64,000 nt of DNA from Polyangiaceae bacterium. GTDB lineage: Bacteria > Myxococcota_A > Polyangia > Polyangiales > Polyangiaceae. Position numbers and translations under genes: made by a program. Below the pieces are notes generated by a model. That model made no database searches. It was not told the DNA's origin and was given only the letters and a program-made list of their open reading frames with translations. Location of the stretch: the NCBI GenBank assembly GCA_016712345.1, contig JADJRH010000002.1, positions 392,466 to 456,465 on the forward strand. Reading direction: 5' to 3'. Below, piece after piece: positions 60,573-64,000 of the stretch; position 1 is the first letter of the stretch, and the number at the start of each line of letters is the position of its first letter.

Positions 60573-61268
60573 TTAGGTCTTGGGCTTTAGGTTAAGCCGA
60601 AACGACGAATAACGCTGAAGCTGTGTACCCGTATCTTCCCATTCATACGCGTAGCGGCCGATGTGTTTGAGTCGCACAGTCGTGTCCGCGAAAATCTGAA
60701 AGTGGGATTGCCGGGCCCGCTCGCAAAAAGCGTAGTCTTCGCCCAAGTACCAATGGCCGGTTCCGTGCGGAATCACCATGGGTAGAAAATAGGGAACAAC
60801 CCCTTCGCCGAAGGCGACGTTGCACGTGGGAAGGTTTCCATCCGTTTTGATTTTTGTGTACACTTCACACCGCGTGAGCAAAAAACCCGTGCCCGCGTAC
60901 AAGATTTCTACAAGGCCGCCCTTTTTCCCAAACACAATTTCATGAGTACCCGGCACCACATGGCAGGCAACGGCGCGCTCGCCTTTTTTGGGGTACAGGC
61001 CGCACACCATGGGAAGGTTGTGGGCGCGGAGTTTTTCTACGTCGTCGGGGCTAAATCCGATGTCCGAGTCAATCCAAAACAACTCTTTATAACCTCGGTC
61101 AAGAGCGCGGGTTGCCATGAGATTTCGAGCCTGATCAACAGCGGCGTTTCCCCTCAGATATTGCACGGCATACCCACGCTCTCGAAGGACGGAAAGTGCC
61201 TCTTCACACTCCGGTTCTACCATGCCTGAAACCGGAACCAAAATGGCGCACTCTTGGGGTTTCACCAC
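60573..61268 (-). CDS. Putative GT-A-fold glycosyltransferase (family-2-like).
   Basis: AILVPV N-terminus, a DXD-like WIDSDIGF motif and a GEDYAFCERA motif. The assignment is tentative. Confidence 0.45.
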   Translation of the reverse strand: MVKPQECAILVPVSGMVEPECEEALSVLRERGYAVQYLRGNAAVDQARNLMATRALDRGYKELFWIDSDIGFSPDDVEKLRAHNLPMVCGLYPKKGERAVACHVVPGTHEIVFGKKGGLVEILYAGTGFLLTRCEVYTKIKTDGNLPTCNVAFGEGVVPYFLPMVIPHGTGHWYLGEDYAFCERARQSHFQIFADTTVRLKHIGRYAYEWEDTGTQLQRYSSFRLNLKPKT

Positions 61269-61565
61269 AGAGTTGTACTCCGATCTGTTGAAAGGGCGGC
61301 GGCTTCACCGCGGAGGTGAGCATCGCACAAGAAATCGCGTAAAAAAAGCCCAAAACGCGCCCCGCGATGGGCGCTGTCAAAAAATGTCCGAGCCCGACAC
61401 GTGGGCAACACTTTGGCGCTTCCATCGGGGTTGATTCTGACGGATGCTTCCATGATCGCGCGTTCACTTGCGCGAGGTGGCGGAGTTCAGCCGTGATGGA
61501 GCTTTGCCGCTTGGGGAGGTTGCGCGTTTGCGCAGCCTCCCTTGTTTTTGTCAAGGAGGCACAGA

Positions 61566-64000
61566 ATGCGAACGTCGCACAATTGGATTTGGCTTTTCTT
61601 GTTGGCTCCAGCCCTCACCGCATCGTGTGTGGACACTCCACCTGTTGATGACGAAGACGAAGAGATCGGGCAGGGGTTTGGAGCGTCAAGCTCGTGCAAT
61701 TATACTCCCGGGCCGGATGTGTTAGACGGCGTAGTGACCGGTGCGGGAACGGGATCGTCGGCCGGCTCGGGTTCAGGCTCGGGCTCCGGCTCGGGTTCAG
61801 GCTCCGGTTCCGGTTCCGGCACCGCCTACAAAGCCGACGCGTACGTGAACCGGATGATTGCCACATCCAGCGGCAACCGTCAGACAGTGGCCAATTCACA
61901 TCTGCTTGTCACTCGCAACTGCGCCGACATGTTGGCTGAAGTGACTTCTGTAAATGGGTACCTTGGCGCGGCGCAATCAGCGGTTTCGGCAGCGGGTGGA
62001 ACAGTCACGGACGTGATCGCGGCCGAAAACAAGTTCAACGCGTGGATTCCTTACGGCTCGCTCGCAACGGTGCGCAACAACTCCTCGGTGGCGCGAGTGG
62101 GTAGACCCGTCACCGTCACACTCCACAACAGCACGGTTCTTACCGGCACTGCCACCCAAGATTGGCACAATGTCAATGCGCGAGGTGCAGGCGCGCGCGT
62201 TGGGATTATCGATGGTGGGTTTCAAGGTCTGGCGGCCGCGTTTGGCGGAACCGTGCCGGCCACCATTACCGGGTCGAGTTTTGTGGACAACGACACAGCA
62301 TGGCAAGCTTCTACCACCCATGGAACCGCGTGTACTCAAATTGTCAATTACATGGCCCCAGATGCCAACTACTTTTTGGCGCGGGTCAACACAGTGGCCG
62401 ATGCACTTCAGGCAATGGACTGGTTTGTCCAACAAGATGTGGACGTGGTAAGTTCATCCATCGGCTTTTCCGGCGCGGCGCCGCTCGATGGCACGGGTAG
62501 ATTGGCAACCCGCATTCAAGAGTTAAGAAATGCCGGCATTTTGTGGGTGAACGCCGCCGGAAATCAACGGCAAGCCCACGTGAGTGGCAACTTCGCCGAC
62601 GGTGACAGCAACCGCTATGTTGATATCAACGGGGCCGACGGTTTTGGTGTGAGCGGTAATGGTACACAACTGGCGGTGGTAAGGTCAGGTCAAGTGTTTG
62701 ACGCCGTGTTGCAGTGGAACCAGTGGACCAGCCCCAACCGCGATTTTCGGCTGGTGCTCCAGGCATTGCCCGTAGCGCAGAATCAACAGGGGCAGTGGGT
62801 GGCCACAGGATCATGGTCAGACGTGACCGATCTGAACGATCCTCAGTCAGGTCAGGCAACCCATCGTCCCGTGGAGCGAATTACCTTTACGGCAACGTTG
62901 GATGCCGCGGCTTATCGATTTCTAATCCAATCCCCTGAAAATGTGGCTGCGACCGACCTGGCAAATTTCCACTTTGACCTCACCATGTTGCGGCCCAATG
63001 CCCGCCTGCTCAACGGCAACACCAATCAAACCATTCCATACCCCGGCGACGCCGATGCAGCGTTTACCGTGGGTGCTGTGCGATTTGATACAAACAACCT
63101 TGAAGATTACAGCGGTGAGGGGCCCACCAAAGGTGCGGGAGGAATCGCCGCCGGAGGAATCAACAAACCGGACATTTCGGGGTATGCGGGTATTCCGCTC
63201 AGCCCCCACTACACAACTGCCTTCAGCGGAACTTCGGCCGCTACTCCCCATGTGGCTGCCGCGGTCGCGTTGATGAGGGCCGAACGGCCAAACCTGACAG
63301 TGGATGAAATTGAAACGCGCCTCCGAGCGAGAGCGGTTGACGTGGGCGCCGTCGGCAGCGACCTGCGCTCGGGAGCCGGTCGTTTACACATGGGTATTCC
63401 CGTCAACTCGGCGGCGCTCACAACCCTGCCAACGTATGGCAACGTGGACGGTGTATACTCCCTCACCGCGTCCATTGGACCAAGCAACGCGCGACCCAAC
63501 TTTTTATACACGTGGACGGCCACAGATCTGACGGTCACCTCCGTCAGCAACAATCAACTGTCCAACGCCCAGTCGTTTTTCTGGTCTTCGACCGGAACAA
63601 AATCGGTGACCGTGGCGGTGGATAACTTAGAACCTCAACCGCGCGTCGCTACACGCAGCATTCAGATTCAGTCCTTGAATGCCGCTGCACCGGTCATTAC
63701 AGAATTGGACTGTGATCCATCCCGCCCCGGCCTTGAAAAACAGGTGTCGATCACGGTTACCGGCACCGCGGCGCAGAGTAAATACATGATTCGGTGGTCA
63801 ACCGATTTGGTCAAGTGGCATGTGGCCAAACAAGGTATTGTGGGGCAAGATCAACAAATCACGTGGACGGAGTGCGGAGGTGGGCCCGGACACAACTACA
63901 TGCTCAACCCGTACATGTACTTTAGTGTTCGATTGGACGACGATCCTGACAACGACGGTTTGGGCACCGGGTTTGAACGCAACTACCTCAACTCCAATCC
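61566..64000 (+). CDS. S8-family subtilisin-like serine peptidase with a lipoprotein signal and a Gly-Ser linker, 5'-partial at the window edge. It is not in the ORF track because it has no in-window stop.
   Basis: I translated frame 0 from the ATG at 61566 to 63990 and found no stop. Signal LFLLAPALTASC. An (SG)n repeat. Catalytic motifs VGIIDGGF (Asp), HGTACTQIV (His) and GTSAATPHVAAAVALM (Ser). Confidence 0.85.
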   Translation, partial: MRTSHNWIWLFLLAPALTASCVDTPPVDDEDEEIGQGFGASSSCNYTPGPDVLDGVVTGAGTGSSAGSGSGSGSGSGSGSGSGSGTAYKADAYVNRMIATSSGNRQTVANSHLLVTRNCADMLAEVTSVNGYLGAAQSAVSAAGGTVTDVIAAENKFNAWIPYGSLATVRNNSSVARVGRPVTVTLHNSTVLTGTATQDWHNVNARGAGARVGIIDGGFQGLAAAFGGTVPATITGSSFVDNDTAWQASTTHGTACTQIVNYMAPDANYFLARVNTVADALQAMDWFVQQDVDVVSSSIGFSGAAPLDGTGRLATRIQELRNAGILWVNAAGNQRQAHVSGNFADGDSNRYVDINGADGFGVSGNGTQLAVVRSGQVFDAVLQWNQWTSPNRDFRLVLQALPVAQNQQGQWVATGSWSDVTDLNDPQSGQATHRPVERITFTATLDAAAYRFLIQSPENVAATDLANFHFDLTMLRPNARLLNGNTNQTIPYPGDADAAFTVGAVRFDTNNLEDYSGEGPTKGAGGIAAGGINKPDISGYAGIPLSPHYTTAFSGTSAATPHVAAAVALMRAERPNLTVDEIETRLRARAVDVGAVGSDLRSGAGRLHMGIPVNSAALTTLPTYGNVDGVYSLTASIGPSNARPNFLYTWTATDLTVTSVSNNQLSNAQSFFWSSTGTKSVTVAVDNLEPQPRVATRSIQIQSLNAAAPVITELDCDPSRPGLEKQVSITVTGTAAQSKYMIRWSTDLVKWHVAKQGIVGQDQQITWTECGGGPGHNYMLNPYMYFSVRLDDDPDNDGLGTGFERNYLNSN

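Overview
High-GC chromosome segment of a Myxococcota-like (deltaproteobacterial) genome. The assignment is inferred from the MYXO-CTERM sorting tag, the FrzS-like pseudo-receiver, the many Ser/Thr kinases and the multiple ECF sigma/anti-sigma pairs. I found no rRNA, CRISPR array, transposase or integrase.

Content:
- Conserved core genes: prfA, rpmE, dnaK, speA, fabH, pfkA, typA, a MutS-related ATPase, deoA, a PhoR/OmpR-type two-component pair, a class II photolyase, a HIT protein, a Ski2/HelY-like helicase and one tRNA-Ala(GGC).
- Myxobacterial signalling and accessory genes: a TIR-like-NACHT-HEAT STAND NTPase translationally coupled to a pentapeptide-repeat Ser/Thr kinase; a tandem pair of radical-SAM/SPASM-like enzymes (one fused to a SAM methyltransferase) behind a perfect 18-bp palindrome; an ECF sigma / anti-sigma / CHAT-TPR operon with an ECF-type promoter; a second ECF sigma / anti-sigma pair flanked by two LTXXQ periplasmic proteins; a Ser/Thr kinase-FGE fusion; a B12-binding radical SAM enzyme; two S8 peptidases; and several secreted Cys-rich or repeat proteins.
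- Unusual sequence-level signals: three housekeeping-type genes are interrupted (speA and a DUF1385 gene by single-base indels in A5 runs, deoA by an in-frame TGA at a conserved Gly codon). A nested inverted-repeat element and a 12-bp tandem repeat array flank the tRNA.

An S8 peptidase gene at the right edge (61566 to the window end) is absent from the ORF track because it has no in-window stop. Product calls rest on motif recognition by eye; no database search was run.
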